Shown piece by piece: positions 1-15,688 of a DNA stretch of 64,000 nt; the first letter of the stretch is position 1, and every line of letters begins with the position of its first letter. A program made the translations under genes and the position numbers. The stretch lies in the NCBI RefSeq assembly GCF_001677475.2, contig NZ_CP015229.1; one strand, given 5' to 3'. A model generated the notes under the pieces. The model worked only from the letters and a program-made list of their open reading frames with translations, was not told the origin of the DNA and did no database searches. The stretch comes from Escherichia coli (GTDB taxonomy: Bacteria; Pseudomonadota; Gammaproteobacteria; Enterobacterales; Enterobacteriaceae).

Positions 1-2693
<2,693 letters not shown>

Positions 2694-2704
2694 GCGAAGA
2701 AATA

Positions 2705-3391
<687 letters not shown>

Positions 3392-4549
3392 TCAGGATGC
3401 GGGGATAACCAACGGTTTATTCCCGCTTAGCTCGGTCACCAGGTCATTGATGCCATCGCTCATATTTTTAAAGCGAGTCAACGGCGAGCGAGTGACGACC
3501 ACAAAAGCACCAATATTTTTTTGCGGGATCATCGCCATATAGGTAATGAATCCGCCGCCGCCACCAGTTTTCTGAATAATTCCCGGACGCCCATCTTTCG
3601 GCTCCATATATACCCAGCCTAAACCGAGCGCATCCGCTCTGCCAGGTACATCCATGCCGATCACTTTCGTAAACTGCGCGCGTTGATAAATCAGCGTCTG
3701 CATACGATCCGCCTGGTTACTGCGCTGATAAAAATCAGACGACAAATACTGCTGCATCCAGCGCATCATATCGCCAGGCGTGGAATAGACTCCGCCGCTG
3801 CCAATTGCCGCCAGCGTGTTATTGCACGGACTGGCACCACGCTCAGCAACCATTAAACGGCGGCACTGATCCGGCGAGGGGGTGTAGGTGGTGTCTTTCA
3901 TCCCCAATGGACGAGTAATCTGCTCTTCAAACAGCTGGGTATAAGGCTTGCCGGACGCATTCGCCAGTGCATCTGCCAGCAGGTCGAACGCAAGGTTAGA
4001 GTACGCCGCCTGACTGCCTGGCGCGGCTTTCAGCTTCGCCGTAGAAAGGTATTTCCAGCGTTGTTCGCGTGTCGGCCAGACAAACACCGGACGATTTGCT
4101 GCACCGCCAGGCTGTTCACGCGGCAGGGCGCTGGTATGGGTTGCCAGATTCACCAGCGTAATGGGCTTTCCATTGTAGGTCGGCACGCGTGTGCCTGGTG
4201 GAGCATATTTACTTAACGGGTCGTTTAACTTCACCGTGCCTTGATCGAGCAGCTTAACCAGCATTTCACTGGTCATCAGTTTAGTGAGGGACGCAATTCG
4301 GACTACAGAGTCTAATTGTGGGCGAACGTTATTACCGGGACGCGTTTCCCCATAACTGCGAAAGACGCGCTGATTACCGTCAATAACGACCAGTGCCATC
4401 CCCGTGGCACCGCTGCCGTAAAAAATATGATCGGCATAGCGATCGACAATATCAGAGGCGAACTCCGGTTCGGTGATCGGCTGTGCCGCATGGACGGAGG
4501 TCAATGACGCCGCACACAGCACGGCAGAAAAAAGCAGACTACGTTTCAA
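3392..4549 (-). CDS. ampH: Penicillin-binding protein AmpH (class C beta-lactamase fold, DD-peptidase)
   Basis: 385 aa; N-terminal signal peptide; SxxK active-site motif (SLTK); conserved position. Confidence 0.9.
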   Translation of the reverse strand: MKRSLLFSAVLCAASLTSVHAAQPITEPEFASDIVDRYADHIFYGSGATGMALVVIDGNQRVFRSYGETRPGNNVRPQLDSVVRIASLTKLMTSEMLVKLLDQGTVKLNDPLSKYAPPGTRVPTYNGKPITLVNLATHTSALPREQPGGAANRPVFVWPTREQRWKYLSTAKLKAAPGSQAAYSNLAFDLLADALANASGKPYTQLFEEQITRPLGMKDTTYTPSPDQCRRLMVAERGASPCNNTLAAIGSGGVYSTPGDMMRWMQQYLSSDFYQRSNQADRMQTLIYQRAQFTKVIGMDVPGRADALGLGWVYMEPKDGRPGIIQKTGGGGGFITYMAMIPQKNIGAFVVVTRSPLTRFKNMSDGINDLVTELSGNKPLVIPAS

Positions 4550-4900
4550 CGGTGGTGTCCATAGATTGAATGAAGGTAACTGAGCGTATTTATACTACTC
4601 ATTGATAGATTGCAAAGGGCGAATTAGTGCAATAATAGTGTTAAAAACGTAACGGCGCGTAAACACGATCTTTTTCCTGCTCACCAATGCCTGCATTTGT
4701 GATCCTGCGCGTGTTAATCCGCTTATGTAAACAATCTTTGGTTTGTGAAATCCGTCGAAACAATTCTTATGGTCAGGCTGGCGAACTAAGCGCCTTGCTA
4801 TGGGTCACAATGGGCGGTTTCATTTGGCTGACGCTTTGTAGCGGTCATGCGGTTAATACACAGCAGTTGTTAAAACGATAAGAAGTTAGCAGGAGTGCAT

Positions 4901-6121
4901 ATGTTTAAGTCTTTTTTCCCAAAGCCGGGAACGTTTTTTCTCTCGGCCTTTGTTTGGGCATTGATTGCCGTTATCTTCTGGCAAGCCGGTGGGGGGGACT
5001 GGGTGGCGCGTATCACCGGCGCTTCCGGGCAGATCCCGATTAGCGCCGCGCGTTTCTGGTCGTTGGATTTCCTGATTTTTTACGCTTACTACATTGTTTG
5101 CGTAGGACTTTTTGCATTGTTCTGGTTTATCTACAGCCCGCATCGTTGGCAATACTGGTCAATACTCGGTACTGCGCTGATTATCTTCGTCACTTGGTTT
5201 TTGGTGGAAGTCGGGGTTGCCGTCAACGCCTGGTATGCGCCGTTCTATGATCTGATTCAAACCGCGCTAAGTTCGCCGCATAAAGTCACCATCGAACAAT
5301 TTTACCGCGAAGTGGGCGTCTTTCTGGGGATTGCGCTGATCGCGGTGGTGATCAGTGTGCTGAACAACTTCTTTGTCAGTCACTACGTGTTCCGCTGGCG
5401 TACGGCGATGAACGAATATTACATGGCGAACTGGCAACAACTGCGTCATATCGAAGGTGCCGCACAGCGTGTGCAGGAAGACACTATGCGTTTTGCTTCA
5501 ACGCTGGAGAATATGGGCGTCAGTTTTATCAACGCCATCATGACGTTGATCGCCTTCCTGCCGGTGCTGGTCACGCTCTCCGCGCATGTGCCGGAGCTGC
5601 CGATTGTTGGGCACATTCCGTATGGTCTGGTGATTGCCGCTATCGTCTGGTCGATGATGGGGACCGGGTTACTGGCAGTGGTAGGGATCAAACTGCCGGG
5701 GCTGGAGTTTAAAAACCAGCGTGTAGAGGCTGCCTATCGTAAAGAGCTGGTTTATGGTGAAGACGATGCCACGCGCGCGACGCCGCCTACGGTACGTGAG
5801 TTGTTCAGCGCCGTACGGAAAAACTATTTCCGCCTCTATTTTCACTATATGTATTTCAACATCGCCCGCATTCTCTATTTGCAGGTCGATAACGTTTTCG
5901 GTTTGTTCTTGCTGTTTCCGTCAATTGTTGCCGGTACGATTACGCTCGGCCTGATGACGCAAATTACCAACGTTTTCGGTCAGGTTCGTGGTGCTTTCCA
6001 GTACCTGATTAACTCATGGACCACACTGGTTGAGTTGATGTCTATCTACAAACGTCTGCGCAGCTTTGAACATGAGCTGGATGGTGACAAAATTCAGGAA
6101 GTAACCCATACCTTGAGCTAA
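4901..6121 (+). CDS. sbmA: Peptide antibiotic transporter SbmA
   Basis: 406 aa from ATG at 4901 (AGGAG RBS upstream); polytopic membrane protein starting [10 protein letters not shown]; synteny. Confidence 0.9.
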   Translation: MFKSFFPKPGTFFLSAFVWALIAVIFWQAGGGDWVARITGASGQIPISAARFWSLDFLIFYAYYIVCVGLFALFWFIYSPHRWQYWSILGTALIIFVTWFLVEVGVAVNAWYAPFYDLIQTALSSPHKVTIEQFYREVGVFLGIALIAVVISVLNNFFVSHYVFRWRTAMNEYYMANWQQLRHIEGAAQRVQEDTMRFASTLENMGVSFINAIMTLIAFLPVLVTLSAHVPELPIVGHIPYGLVIAAIVWSMMGTGLLAVVGIKLPGLEFKNQRVEAAYRKELVYGEDDATRATPPTVRELFSAVRKNYFRLYFHYMYFNIARILYLQVDNVFGLFLLFPSIVAGTITLGLMTQITNVFGQVRGAFQYLINSWTTLVELMSIYKRLRSFEHELDGDKIQEVTHTLS

Positions 6122-6133
6122 AAAGGAGAAGTA

Positions 6134-7228
6134 ATGTCGCGCGTCAATCATCTATCTTCGCTGTCATTGTTGGCGGTTCTGGTTTTAGCGGGGTGTAGTA
6201 GTCAGGCTCCGCAACCGTTGAAAAAGGGCGAAAAAGCGATAGATGTGGCGAGCGTCGTGCGGCAGAAGATGCCTGCGAGCGTGAAAGACCGCGATGCCTG
6301 GGCGAAAGATCTCGCCACCACGTTTGAAAGTCAGGGGCTGGCACCGACGCTGGAAAACGTCTGCTCGGTGCTGGCGGTGGCGCAGCAGGAGTCAAATTAT
6401 CAGGCAGATCCGGCCGTTCCGGGCTTAAGCAAGATCGCCTGGCAAGAGATTGACCGTCGTGCTGAACGGATGCACATTCCTGCTTTTCTGGTGCATACCG
6501 CGCTAAAAATCAAATCGCCAAACGGCAAAAGTTATAGCGAACGGTTAGATTCGGTGCGTACTGAAAAGCAATTGAGCGCGATTTTTGACGATCTGATCAG
6601 CATGGTGCCAATGGGGCAGACGCTGTTTGGTTCGCTTAATCCGGTGCGCACCGGTGGGCCGATGCAGGTCAGCATTGCTTTTGCCGAACAGCATACCAAA
6701 GGGTATCCGTGGAAAATGGACGGTACAGTCCGTCAGGAAGTCTTCAGTCGTCGCGGCGGGTTGTGGTTTGGTACTTACCATTTACTGAATTATCCCGCCA
6801 GCTATAGCGCGCCGATATACCGTTTTGCTGATTTTAACGCTGGCTGGTACGCCAGCCGTAATGCCGCGTTTCAGAACGCGGTCAGTAAGGCCAGCGGCGT
6901 GAAGCTGGCACTGGACGGTGATTTAATTCGTTACGACAGTAAAGAGCCCGGGAAAACCGAACTGGCAACGCGCAAACTGGCGGGAAAACTGGGGATGAGC
7001 GACAGTGAAATTCGCCGCCAGTTAGAGAAAGGGGACAGCTTCTCTTTTGAGGAGACGGCGCTGTACAAGAAAGTTTATCAACTTGCCGAAGCGAAAACGG
7101 GTAAATCACTACCCCGCGAAATGTTGCCTGGCATTCAACTGGAAAGCCCGAAAATCACCCGCAACCTGACTACGGCCTGGTTTGCGAAGCGCGTAGACGA
7201 ACGGCGGGCGCGTTGTATGAAACAGTGA
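6134..7228 (+). CDS. yaiW: Lipoprotein YaiW
   Basis: 364 aa; lipobox LAGC after signal peptide; immediately downstream of sbmA. Confidence 0.85.
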   Translation: MSRVNHLSSLSLLAVLVLAGCSSQAPQPLKKGEKAIDVASVVRQKMPASVKDRDAWAKDLATTFESQGLAPTLENVCSVLAVAQQESNYQADPAVPGLSKIAWQEIDRRAERMHIPAFLVHTALKIKSPNGKSYSERLDSVRTEKQLSAIFDDLISMVPMGQTLFGSLNPVRTGGPMQVSIAFAEQHTKGYPWKMDGTVRQEVFSRRGGLWFGTYHLLNYPASYSAPIYRFADFNAGWYASRNAAFQNAVSKASGVKLALDGDLIRYDSKEPGKTELATRKLAGKLGMSDSEIRRQLEKGDSFSFEETALYKKVYQLAEAKTGKSLPREMLPGIQLESPKITRNLTTAWFAKRVDERRARCMKQ

Positions 7229-7286
7229 TCAAACAGGAATGTCAGGCCAGATAAGGCGTTTCAGGCCGCATCTGGCAACGTTAATC

Positions 7287-7595
7287 TTACTGGTGGCGAT
7301 GTCGCCAGCGCAGCCATAGCGCCACCACTGCAAAAATGAGGCAGCCTACTAAAAACGGGATCAGCCCGAAAATGGTGCCGACACCTAAACCAATTTCCAC
7401 CCGTGGGCGACCTGTTTCCTGGACCTGCATTAAACGCTCATAGACGCCGGGCGCATGCACTAACAGGTTCAGCAATTGCGCCCCAGCCCAAAAGCAAAAC
7501 AGCACAAACAACGCATAGGCAATGTTGCCTGGCGTTGAAGAGGCATTGCGATATTTTCCGCTAAACAGCGATTTTGACAGGGTGAAATCAGCCAT
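7287..7595 (-). CDS. yaiY: Small inner membrane protein YaiY
   Basis: 102 aa, two hydrophobic helices; synteny. Confidence 0.8.
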   Translation of the reverse strand: MADFTLSKSLFSGKYRNASSTPGNIAYALFVLFCFWAGAQLLNLLVHAPGVYERLMQVQETGRPRVEIGLGVGTIFGLIPFLVGCLIFAVVALWLRWRHRHQ

Positions 7596-7854
7596 AAAAA
7601 CCTCCGGAAGTCATCTGCTTCTCTTCTGGTGTGATACCAGCGGCTTATGGCAAGTCTGACAGGTCATTTAGATTGTCAATATCAGAATCATGGTAAATTG
7701 ATGTTGGGAATATTCCCGAAGCGTGAATCTTCGTTGTGAGTCACAAAATGGCAACCTTAAGTTAAATTTATTAACAATTACGAAAATGTTGTCTACACCA
7801 CAGACGGTTGTTACAGAATATGCAAGGATGTTGTTTTTCGTTAACGGAGCTGCC

Positions 7855-8067
7855 ATGAATCTGCCTGTAAAAATCCGTCGTGACTGGCACTACTATGCGT
7901 TCGCCATTGGCCTTATATTCATTCTTAATGGCGTGGTGGGTTTACTGGGATTTGAAGCAAAAGGTTGGCAGACCTATGCCGTCGGTCTGGTGACGTGGGT
8001 GATTAGTTTCTGGCTGGCGGGGCTGATTATTCGTCGTCGCGATGAAGAAACTGAAAACGCCCAATAA
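7855..8067 (+). CDS. yaiZ: Small membrane protein YaiZ
   Basis: 70 aa from ATG at 7855 with GGAG RBS; hydrophobic; divergent from yaiY. Confidence 0.7.
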   Translation: MNLPVKIRRDWHYYAFAIGLIFILNGVVGLLGFEAKGWQTYAVGLVTWVISFWLAGLIIRRRDEETENAQ

Positions 8068-8090
8068 GAATATTATCGGGCGTTAAAATA

Positions 8091-9185
8091 TTACATTGTG
8101 GTTTTCAATGCGTTATCCGCAGCGTGACGCTCCAGCGCCAGCTCAATCAAACGTGTGATCAGATCGGTGTAACCCAAACCGCTGGCTTGCCACAGCTTCG
8201 GATACATACTGATGTTGGTGAAGCCAGGCAGGGTGTTGATCTCGTTGATCACCACTTCGTTCTCTGGGGTTAAAAACACGTCTACACGCGCCATGCCTGC
8301 GCATCCCAACGTCTGATAAGCCTGAACGGCAATCGCCCGGATCTTATCGTTGATTTCTGGCCCAATGGCTGCCGGAACTACCACTTTCGCGCCATCTTCG
8401 TCAATGTACTTGGTGTCGTAGGCATAGAAATCGCTGGTGAGTACGATCTCGCCACAGGTGCTGGCTTGCGGATTGTCGTTGCCCAGAACTGCGCATTCGA
8501 TCTCACGACCTTTGATCCCTTGCTCAACGATCACTTTATGATCGAACTCGAACGCCAGATCGACGGCAATTGCGTACTGTTCTTCACTGGTTACTTTGCT
8601 GACACCAACAGAAGAGCCCTGATTAGCCGGTTTTACAAACAGCGGTAACCCCAGTTTAGACTCCACTTCGGCAAAACTGATGTTGTGACGATTAGCGCGC
8701 GTCAGGGTAATAAATGGCGCAATGTTCAGCCCGGCATCGCGCAGCAGACGTTTGGTGACATCTTTATCCATACAGGCCGCTGAAGCCAGAACATCAGAAC
8801 CTACAAACGGTAAATTGGCGACCCGCAGCATTCCCTGCAAGGAACCATCTTCGCCCAGCGTACCGTGGACAATCGGGAAAATGACATCCACCGTCGGCAA
8901 CGGCTGACCGTTTTGCGCGTCGATAAGCTGATGTTCATGTTTACCAGGCACCTGCGCAAGGCTGGTCGCCGAAGGGCGCAACGCAATATGGGCAGGATCG
9001 TCTGCATTTAGCAGATAATTGCTGGCATCGCTGACGTGCCATTGCCCTTGTTTATCAATGCCCAGCAGCACAACGTCGAAGCGACTTTTATCAATGGCAT
9101 CGACAATGTTTTTTGCCGATTGCAGAGACACTTCATGTTCCGCTGATTTACCACCAAAAACGATTCCTACCCGCAGTTTTTCCAT
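8091..9185 (-). CDS. ddlA: D-alanine--D-alanine ligase A
   Basis: 364 aa; ATP-grasp ligase sequence; synteny. Confidence 0.92.
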   Translation of the reverse strand: MEKLRVGIVFGGKSAEHEVSLQSAKNIVDAIDKSRFDVVLLGIDKQGQWHVSDASNYLLNADDPAHIALRPSATSLAQVPGKHEHQLIDAQNGQPLPTVDVIFPIVHGTLGEDGSLQGMLRVANLPFVGSDVLASAACMDKDVTKRLLRDAGLNIAPFITLTRANRHNISFAEVESKLGLPLFVKPANQGSSVGVSKVTSEEQYAIAVDLAFEFDHKVIVEQGIKGREIECAVLGNDNPQASTCGEIVLTSDFYAYDTKYIDEDGAKVVVPAAIGPEINDKIRAIAVQAYQTLGCAGMARVDVFLTPENEVVINEINTLPGFTNISMYPKLWQASGLGYTDLITRLIELALERHAADNALKTTM

Positions 9186-9646
9186 CTTAAAAACCTATCC
9201 CGTCTAACACAAAGTGCATACATTACCACGACAAAACGGGGGATTCGCGGCCTTCTGACAGAATGTTGCAATCTTCTGCTGACAAAGCGTGCAACGTACT
9301 GGTGAAGAAAGTGCGTTATCTCAATGATGTGCGCAAGATCACAAAAATGATGAACGGGAAGCTAATTTATTCCTGGCTTGTATGGCCATGCAATGAGTTT
9401 TTTCTCTTAATTATAAGTTAACGAAGAGAATATATTTCATAACTTTTATTTATAATAAAGGTTGATAATTAAAAGCCTATATTTTGTGTGGGTAATTATT
9501 AAAATAAGAGAAACGTTTCGCTGGTAATCAAACAAAAAATATTTGCGCAAAGTATTTCCTTTGTCATAAAAATAATACTTCCAGACACTATGAAGTTGTG
9601 AAACATAATGTTAACTTCTCCATACTTTGGATAAGGAAATACAGAC

Positions 9647-9907
9647 ATGAAAAATCTCATTGCTGAGTTGTTATTTAAGCTTGCCCAAAAAGAAGAAGAG
9701 TCGAAAGAACTGTGCGCGCAGGTAGAAGCTTTGGAGATTATCGTCACTGCAATGCTTCGCAATATGGCGCAAAATGACCAACAAAGGTTGATTGATCAGG
9801 TAGAGGGGGCGCTGTACGAGGTAAAGCCCGATGCCAGCATTCCTGACGACGATACGGAGCTGCTGCGCAATTATGTAAAGAAGTTATTGAAGCATCCTCG
9901 TCAGTAA
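9647..9907 (+). CDS. iraP: Anti-adaptor protein IraP (RpoS stabilisation under phosphate starvation)
   Basis: 86 aa coiled-coil protein immediately upstream of phoA. Confidence 0.85.
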   Translation: MKNLIAELLFKLAQKEEESKELCAQVEALEIIVTAMLRNMAQNDQQRLIDQVEGALYEVKPDASIPDDDTELLRNYVKKLLKHPRQ

Positions 9908-9927
9908 AAAGTTAATCTTTTCAACAG

Positions 9928-9945
9928 CTGTCATAAAGCTGTCAC
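9928..9945 (+). promoter_or_regulatory. Pho box (PhoB binding site) of the phoA promoter, followed by a -10 TATAGT at 9956-9961
   Basis: CTGTCATAAAGCTGTCAC matches the Pho box consensus, at the expected distance upstream of phoA. Confidence 0.7.
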
Positions 9946-10007
9946 GGCCGAGACTTATAGTCGCTTTGTTTTTATTTTTTAATGTATTTGTACATGGAGA
10001 AAATAAA

Positions 10008-11423
10008 GTGAAACAAAGCACTATTGCACTGGCACTCTTACCGTTACTGTTTACCCCTGTGACAAAAGCCCGGACACCAGAAATGCCTGTTCTGGAAAAC
10101 CGGGCTGCTCAGGGAGATATTACTGCACCCGGCGGTGCTCGCCGCTTAACGGGTGATCAGACCGCTGCTCTGCGTGATTCTCTTAGCGATAAACCTGCCA
10201 AAAATATTATTTTGCTGATTGGCGATGGGATGGGGGACTCGGAAATTACTGCTGCACGCAATTATGCCGAAGGTGCGGGCGGCTTTTTTAAAGGTATCGA
10301 TGCCTTACCGCTTACCGGACAATACACACACTATGCGCTGAATAAAAAAACCGGCAAACCGGACTACGTTACCGACTCGGCTGCATCAGCAACCGCCTGG
10401 TCAACTGGTGTCAAAACCTATAACGGTGCGCTGGGCGTCGATATTCACGAAAAAGATCACCCAACGATTCTGGAAATGGCAAAAGCCGCAGGTCTGGCGA
10501 CCGGTAACGTTTCTACCGCAGAGTTGCAGGATGCCACGCCCGCCGCGCTGGTGGCGCATGTGACCTCGCGCAAATGCTACGGTCCGAGCGCGACCAGTGA
10601 AAAATGTCCGGGTAACGCTCTGGAAAAAGGCGGAAAAGGATCGATTACCGAACAGCTGCTTAATGCTCGTGCCGATGTTACGCTTGGCGGCGGCGCAAAA
10701 ACCTTTGCTGAAACGGCAACCGCCGGTGAATGGCAGGGAAAAACGCTGCGTGAACAGGCACAGGCGCGTGGTTATCAGTTGGTGAACGATGCCGCCTCAC
10801 TGAATTCGGTGACGGAAGCGAATCAGCAAAAACCCCTGCTTGGCCTGTTTGCTGACGGCAATATGCCAGTGCGCTGGCAAGGACCGAAAGCAACGTACCA
10901 TGGCAATATCGATAAGCCCGCAGTCACCTGTACGCCTAATCCGCAACGTAATGACAGCGTACCGACCCTGGCGCAGATGACAGATAAAGCCATTGAATTG
11001 TTGAGTAAAAATGAGAAAGGCTTTTTCCTGCAAGTTGAAGGTGCATCAATCGATAAACAGGATCACGCTGCGAATCCTTGTGGGCAAATTGGCGAGACGG
11101 TCGATCTCGACGAAGCCGTACAACGGGCGCTGGAATTCGCTAAAAAGGATGGCAACACGCTGGTCATAGTCACCGCTGATCACGCCCACGCCAGCCAGAT
11201 TGTCGCGCCGGACACCAAAGCGCCGGGCCTCACCCAGGCGCTAAATACCAAAGATGGCGCAGTGATGGTGATGAGTTACGGGAACTCCGAAGAGGATTCA
11301 CAAGAACATACCGGCAGTCAGTTGCGTATTGCGGCGTATGGCCCACATGCCGCCAATGTCGTTGGACTGACCGACCAGACCGATCTCTTCTACACCATGA
11401 AAGCAGCCCTGGGGCTGAAATAA
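10008..11423 (+). CDS. phoA: Alkaline phosphatase
   Basis: 471 aa from GTG at 10008; signal peptide [21 protein letters not shown]; active-site DSAASATAW motif. Confidence 0.95.
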   Translation: MKQSTIALALLPLLFTPVTKARTPEMPVLENRAAQGDITAPGGARRLTGDQTAALRDSLSDKPAKNIILLIGDGMGDSEITAARNYAEGAGGFFKGIDALPLTGQYTHYALNKKTGKPDYVTDSAASATAWSTGVKTYNGALGVDIHEKDHPTILEMAKAAGLATGNVSTAELQDATPAALVAHVTSRKCYGPSATSEKCPGNALEKGGKGSITEQLLNARADVTLGGGAKTFAETATAGEWQGKTLREQAQARGYQLVNDAASLNSVTEANQQKPLLGLFADGNMPVRWQGPKATYHGNIDKPAVTCTPNPQRNDSVPTLAQMTDKAIELLSKNEKGFFLQVEGASIDKQDHAANPCGQIGETVDLDEAVQRALEFAKKDGNTLVIVTADHAHASQIVAPDTKAPGLTQALNTKDGAVMVMSYGNSEEDSQEHTGSQLRIAAYGPHAANVVGLTDQTDLFYTMKAALGLK

Positions 11424-11541
11424 AACCGCGCCCGGCCGTGAATTTTCGCTGTCGGGTGGTTTTTTTGCTGTTAGCAACCAGACTTAATGGCAGATCACGG
11501 GCGCAAACGCTCATGGTTAAAACATGAAGAGGGATGGTGCT

Positions 11542-11862
11542 ATGAAAATAACATTACTGGTTACCTTGCTTTTCGGACTGGTTTTTTTAACCACCGTCGG
11601 CGCTGCCGAGAGAACCTTAACCCCGCAACAACAGCGTATGACCTCCTGTAATCAGCAGGCGACGGCGCAGGCGTTGAAAGGGGATGCTCGTAAGACCTAC
11701 ATGAGTGATTGCCTGAAGAACAGCAAGTCTGCGCCTGGTGAAAAAAGTTTGACGCCACAGCAGCAAAAGATGCGCGAATGTAATAATCAAGCAACGCAAC
11801 AATCTCTGAAAGGTGATGATCGTAATAAGTTTATGAGCGCCTGCCTCAAGAAAGCCGCCTGA
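11542..11862 (+). CDS. psiF: Phosphate starvation-inducible protein PsiF
   Basis: 106 aa with signal peptide and two internal repeats (TPQQQ...C..QA); downstream of phoA. Confidence 0.85.
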   Translation: MKITLLVTLLFGLVFLTTVGAAERTLTPQQQRMTSCNQQATAQALKGDARKTYMSDCLKNSKSAPGEKSLTPQQQKMRECNNQATQQSLKGDDRNKFMSACLKKAA

Positions 11863-11963
11863 TACCTGATAGTGCTAACGGGTGAGCTACGAAAATGGCT
11901 CACCCGAAATTTCATACTTCTGCCTTTAGCCCCGTCTCTATAATTTGGGAAAATTGTTTCTGA

Positions 11964-13079
11964 ATGTTCCCAAAAATAATGAATGATGAAAACTTTTTCA
12001 AAAAAGCGGCGGCGCATGGGGAGGAACCTCCTTTAACTCCTCAAAACGAACATCAGCGATCCGGGCTGCGCTTCGCCCGTCGCGTCAGACTACCCCGCGC
12101 GGTTGGCCTGGCTGGCATGTTCTTACCGATTGCTTCAACACTGGTTTCGCACCCGCCGCCGGGCTGGTGGTGGCTGGTGTTGGTCGGCTGGGCGTTCGTC
12201 TGGCCGCATTTAGCCTGGCAGATAGCGAGCAGGGCCGTCGATCCGCTTAGCCGGGAAATTTACAACTTAAAAACCGATGCAGTATTAGCGGGAATGTGGG
12301 TAGGCGTAATGGGCGTAAACGTACTGCCTTCCACCGCGATGTTGATGATTATGTGTCTGAATTTGATGGGGGCTGGCGGCCCCCGTCTGTTTGTCGCGGG
12401 TCTGGTGTTGATGGTGGTTTCCTGCCTTGTCACCCTCGAGCTGACGGGCATTACCGTGTCGTTCAATAGTGCGCCGCTGGAATGGTGGCTCTCCCTTCCC
12501 ATTATTGTCATTTATCCTCTGCTGTTTGGCTGGGTCAGCTACCAGACGGCAACCAAACTGGCGGAACATAAACGCAGGTTGCAGGTCATGAGTACCCGCG
12601 ACGGTATGACGGGCGTGTATAACCGACGTCATTGGGAAACTATGTTACGCAATGAATTTGATAACTGTCGGCGGCATAATCGCGATGCGACATTACTGAT
12701 TATCGATATCGACCATTTCAAGAGCATCAACGATACCTGGGGCCATGATGTAGGCGATGAAGCGATTGTGGCGCTTACCCGACAGTTACAAATAACCCTG
12801 CGCGGTAGCGATGTGATTGGTCGGTTTGGCGGCGATGAGTTTGCGGTAATCATGTCCGGTACACCAGCTGAGAGCGCCATTACCGCCATGTTACGGGTGC
12901 ATGAAGGGCTAAACACGTTACGTTTGCCGAATACGCCACAGGTAACATTACGGATTAGTGTGGGGGTTGCGCCGCTGAACCCACAAATGAGTCACTATCG
13001 TGAGTGGTTGAAATCGGCAGATTTGGCGCTTTACAAAGCAAAGAAAGCCGGACGTAACCGCACCGAAGTGGCGGCCTGA
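11964..13079 (+). CDS. dgcC: Diguanylate cyclase (membrane-anchored GGDEF protein)
   Basis: 371 aa; N-terminal TM helices; GGDEF motif (RFGGDEFAVI); K-12 yaiC/adrA position. Confidence 0.88.
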   Translation: MFPKIMNDENFFKKAAAHGEEPPLTPQNEHQRSGLRFARRVRLPRAVGLAGMFLPIASTLVSHPPPGWWWLVLVGWAFVWPHLAWQIASRAVDPLSREIYNLKTDAVLAGMWVGVMGVNVLPSTAMLMIMCLNLMGAGGPRLFVAGLVLMVVSCLVTLELTGITVSFNSAPLEWWLSLPIIVIYPLLFGWVSYQTATKLAEHKRRLQVMSTRDGMTGVYNRRHWETMLRNEFDNCRRHNRDATLLIIDIDHFKSINDTWGHDVGDEAIVALTRQLQITLRGSDVIGRFGGDEFAVIMSGTPAESAITAMLRVHEGLNTLRLPNTPQVTLRISVGVAPLNPQMSHYREWLKSADLALYKAKKAGRNRTEVAA

Positions 13080-13095
13080 CGTCCGGCAAAAGTCA

Positions 13096-13905
13096 TCAGG
13101 ATTTACTGAGTTTTTCTGATTTTTCCATACACTTCGTCATCGCTTCGATCACTGCGGCACGGAAGCCTTTCTCTTCCAGTACGCGTACCGCCTCAATGGT
13201 GGTGCCTCCCGGTGAGCAGACCATATCTTTCAGTGCCCCCGGATGTTCTCCCGTTTCCAGCACCATTTTTGCGGAACCCATTACCGCCTGAGCGGCAAAT
13301 TTATACGCCTGGGCGCGTGGCATCCCGCCCAGCACGGCAGCGTCGGCCATCGCTTCGATAAACATAAAGACGTAGGCTGGGGAAGAACCGCTCACACCGA
13401 CCACCGGGTGGATCATCGGCTCAGCAATTACTTCCGCTTCGCCAAAGCAGCGGAAAATATTCAGCACATCAGCGGTATCTTCTGGGGTTACCAGCGCGTT
13501 TGGCGTTACGGAGGTCATCCCGGCATTAACCAGCGCGGGAGTGTTCGGCATGGCGCGGATAATTTTCCGGTCATGGCCCAGCGCACGGGCAAGCTGGTCG
13601 AGCGTGACACCTGCTGCAATAGAAACGACCAGAGAGTCTTTATTCAGGCTGGAGGTGATTTCGCTAAGCACTTTAATCATGATGCCTGGTTTAACGGCGG
13701 CAAAAATGATGTCGGCGATTTGCGCCACTTCTTGCGCCGATTCTGCGGCGTTGATGCCGAACTGGTCATGCAGGGCGGCGACTTTATCCGGGGAGGGGGT
13801 ATATACCCAGATTTGCCCTGGAAGCACCTGACCGCTGGCAATCAGACCGCCGAGAATGGCTTTTCCCATATTGCCGCAGCCAATAAAACCGATTTTCTTT
13901 TCCAT
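13096..13905 (-). CDS. proC: Pyrroline-5-carboxylate reductase
   Basis: 269 aa from [14 protein letters not shown] (Rossmann motif); longer track ORF trimmed. Confidence 0.92.
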   Translation of the reverse strand: MEKKIGFIGCGNMGKAILGGLIASGQVLPGQIWVYTPSPDKVAALHDQFGINAAESAQEVAQIADIIFAAVKPGIMIKVLSEITSSLNKDSLVVSIAAGVTLDQLARALGHDRKIIRAMPNTPALVNAGMTSVTPNALVTPEDTADVLNIFRCFGEAEVIAEPMIHPVVGVSGSSPAYVFMFIEAMADAAVLGGMPRAQAYKFAAQAVMGSAKMVLETGEHPGALKDMVCSPGGTTIEAVRVLEEKGFRAAVIEAMTKCMEKSEKLSKS

Positions 13906-14024
13906 TGCCTCACTCCTGCCGTGAAATTCATTGTTTTGATAATCGCTGGCAGAAGCATAAACAGAACTATGCCGGAAGGCAAAAGCGCGACACAATAGAG
14001 AATTACCCAACAAAGGATGACTTT

Positions 14025-14483
14025 ATGACAATTTGGGTGGATGCCGACGCGTGTCCCAATGTAATTAAAGAGATTTTGTATCGCGCGGCTGAACGTATGC
14101 AGATGCCGCTGGTACTGGTAGCAAACCAGAGTTTACGCGTACCGCCTTCGCGATTTATTCGAACGCTGCGCGTCGCGGCAGGTTTCGACGTTGCCGATAA
14201 CGAAATTGTCCGGCAGTGTGAAGCTGGCGATTTGGTGATCACCGCAGATATTCCTTTGGCTGCTGAAGCCATCGAGAAAGGCGCGGCGGCGCTTAATCCT
14301 CGTGGCGAACGTTACACGCCAGCGACCATTCGTGAGCGCCTGACGATGCGCGATTTTATGGATACCTTACGTGCCAGTGGGATCCAGACCGGAGGACCAG
14401 ATAGTCTTTCACAACGTGACCGCCAGGCCTTTGCTGCGGAGCTGGATAAGTGGTGGCTGGAAGTGCAACGTAGTCTTGGCTAA
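14025..14483 (+). CDS. yaiI: UPF0178 family protein YaiI
   Basis: 152 aa from ATG at 14025 ([11 protein letters not shown]); divergent from proC. Confidence 0.8.
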   Translation: MTIWVDADACPNVIKEILYRAAERMQMPLVLVANQSLRVPPSRFIRTLRVAAGFDVADNEIVRQCEAGDLVITADIPLAAEAIEKGAAALNPRGERYTPATIRERLTMRDFMDTLRASGIQTGGPDSLSQRDRQAFAAELDKWWLEVQRSLG

Positions 14484-14484
14484 A

Positions 14485-14600
14485 TGTAATTTATTATTTA
14501 CACTTCATTCTTGAATATTTATTGGTATAGTAAGGGATGTATTGAGATTTTCACTTTAAGTGGAATTTTTTCTTTACAATCGAAATTGTACTAGTTTGAT
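14485..14600 (+). promoter_or_regulatory. aroL promoter/operator region: two TyrR boxes (14485-14502, 14561-14578) and a TrpR-like GTACTAGTT operator (about 14588-14596)
   Basis: TGTAAT-N6-TTTACA and TGGAAT-N6-TTTACA match the TyrR box consensus TGTAAA-N6-TTTACA; aroL is known to be TyrR/TrpR regulated. Confidence 0.55.
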
Positions 14601-14665
14601 GGTATGATCGCTATTCTCATGATACCGGCTTTCGCCGCATTGCGACCTATTGGGGAAAACCCACG

Positions 14666-15190
14666 ATGACACAACCTCTTTTTCTGATCGGGCCTCGGGG
14701 CTGTGGTAAAACAACGGTCGGAATGGCCCTTGCCGATTCGCTTAACCGTCGATTTGTCGATACCGACCAGTGGTTGCAATCACAGCTCAATATGACGGTC
14801 GCGGAGATCGTCGAAAGGGAAGAGTGGGCGGGATTCCGCGCCAGAGAAACGGCGGCGTTGGAAGCGGTAACTGCGCCATCCACCGTTATCGCCACGGGCG
14901 GCGGCATTATCCTGACGGAATTTAATCGTCACTTTATGCAAAATAACGGGATCGTGGTTTATTTGTGTGCGCCAGTATCAGTCCTGGTTAACCGACTGCA
15001 AGCTGCACCGGAAGAAGATTTACGGCCAACCTTAACGGGAAAACCGCTGAGCGAAGAAGTTAAGGAAGTGCTGGAAGAACGCGATGCGCTATATCGCGAA
15101 GTTGCGCATATTATCATCGACGCAACAAACGAACCCAGCCAGGTGATTTCTGAAATTCGCAGCGCCCTGGCACAGACGATCAATTGTTGA
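14666..15190 (+). CDS. aroL: Shikimate kinase II
   Basis: 174 aa; P-loop GPRGCGKTT; synteny. Confidence 0.92.
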   Translation: MTQPLFLIGPRGCGKTTVGMALADSLNRRFVDTDQWLQSQLNMTVAEIVEREEWAGFRARETAALEAVTAPSTVIATGGGIILTEFNRHFMQNNGIVVYLCAPVSVLVNRLQAAPEEDLRPTLTGKPLSEEVKEVLEERDALYREVAHIIIDATNEPSQVISEIRSALAQTINC

Positions 15191-15230
15191 TTTTCGAGCG
15201 CCTATACTTAACGTTCATCCCGTGAAATAA

Positions 15231-15431
<201 letters not shown>

Positions 15432-15688
15432 CCGCATCAGACTGCTCGGAAGGGATTCTGAGTGCCACCACAAGGGATCTGCGTCACATTTTTCACAATT
15501 CATGTTTTTCAAATAATTAGAATATTAAACAATAACAATCCATTACTGGAATCATTTGGAATCTTTACATTATGCCGTGCAGGTCTGCTGCTACGCTTTT
15601 TGTCATTTGTAGCACAGGTAAGTGTCAGCAGTGGTGCTTAGCGCTTGCCCGGTAATTAACGACGAAATAAAAGTAAGGTGGAAGAACA

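Noticed and set aside
13243-13998. 251-aa ORF antisense to proC
   Set aside because: Fully embedded opposite a conserved enzyme gene; His/Arg/Gly-rich translation typical of antisense artefacts.
13905-14024. Upstream extensions of the proC and yaiI ORFs that would make the two divergent genes overlap
   Set aside because: Both genes have well-supported internal starts ([11 protein letters not shown] and [11 protein letters not shown]); the extensions are unused 5' leader sequence.
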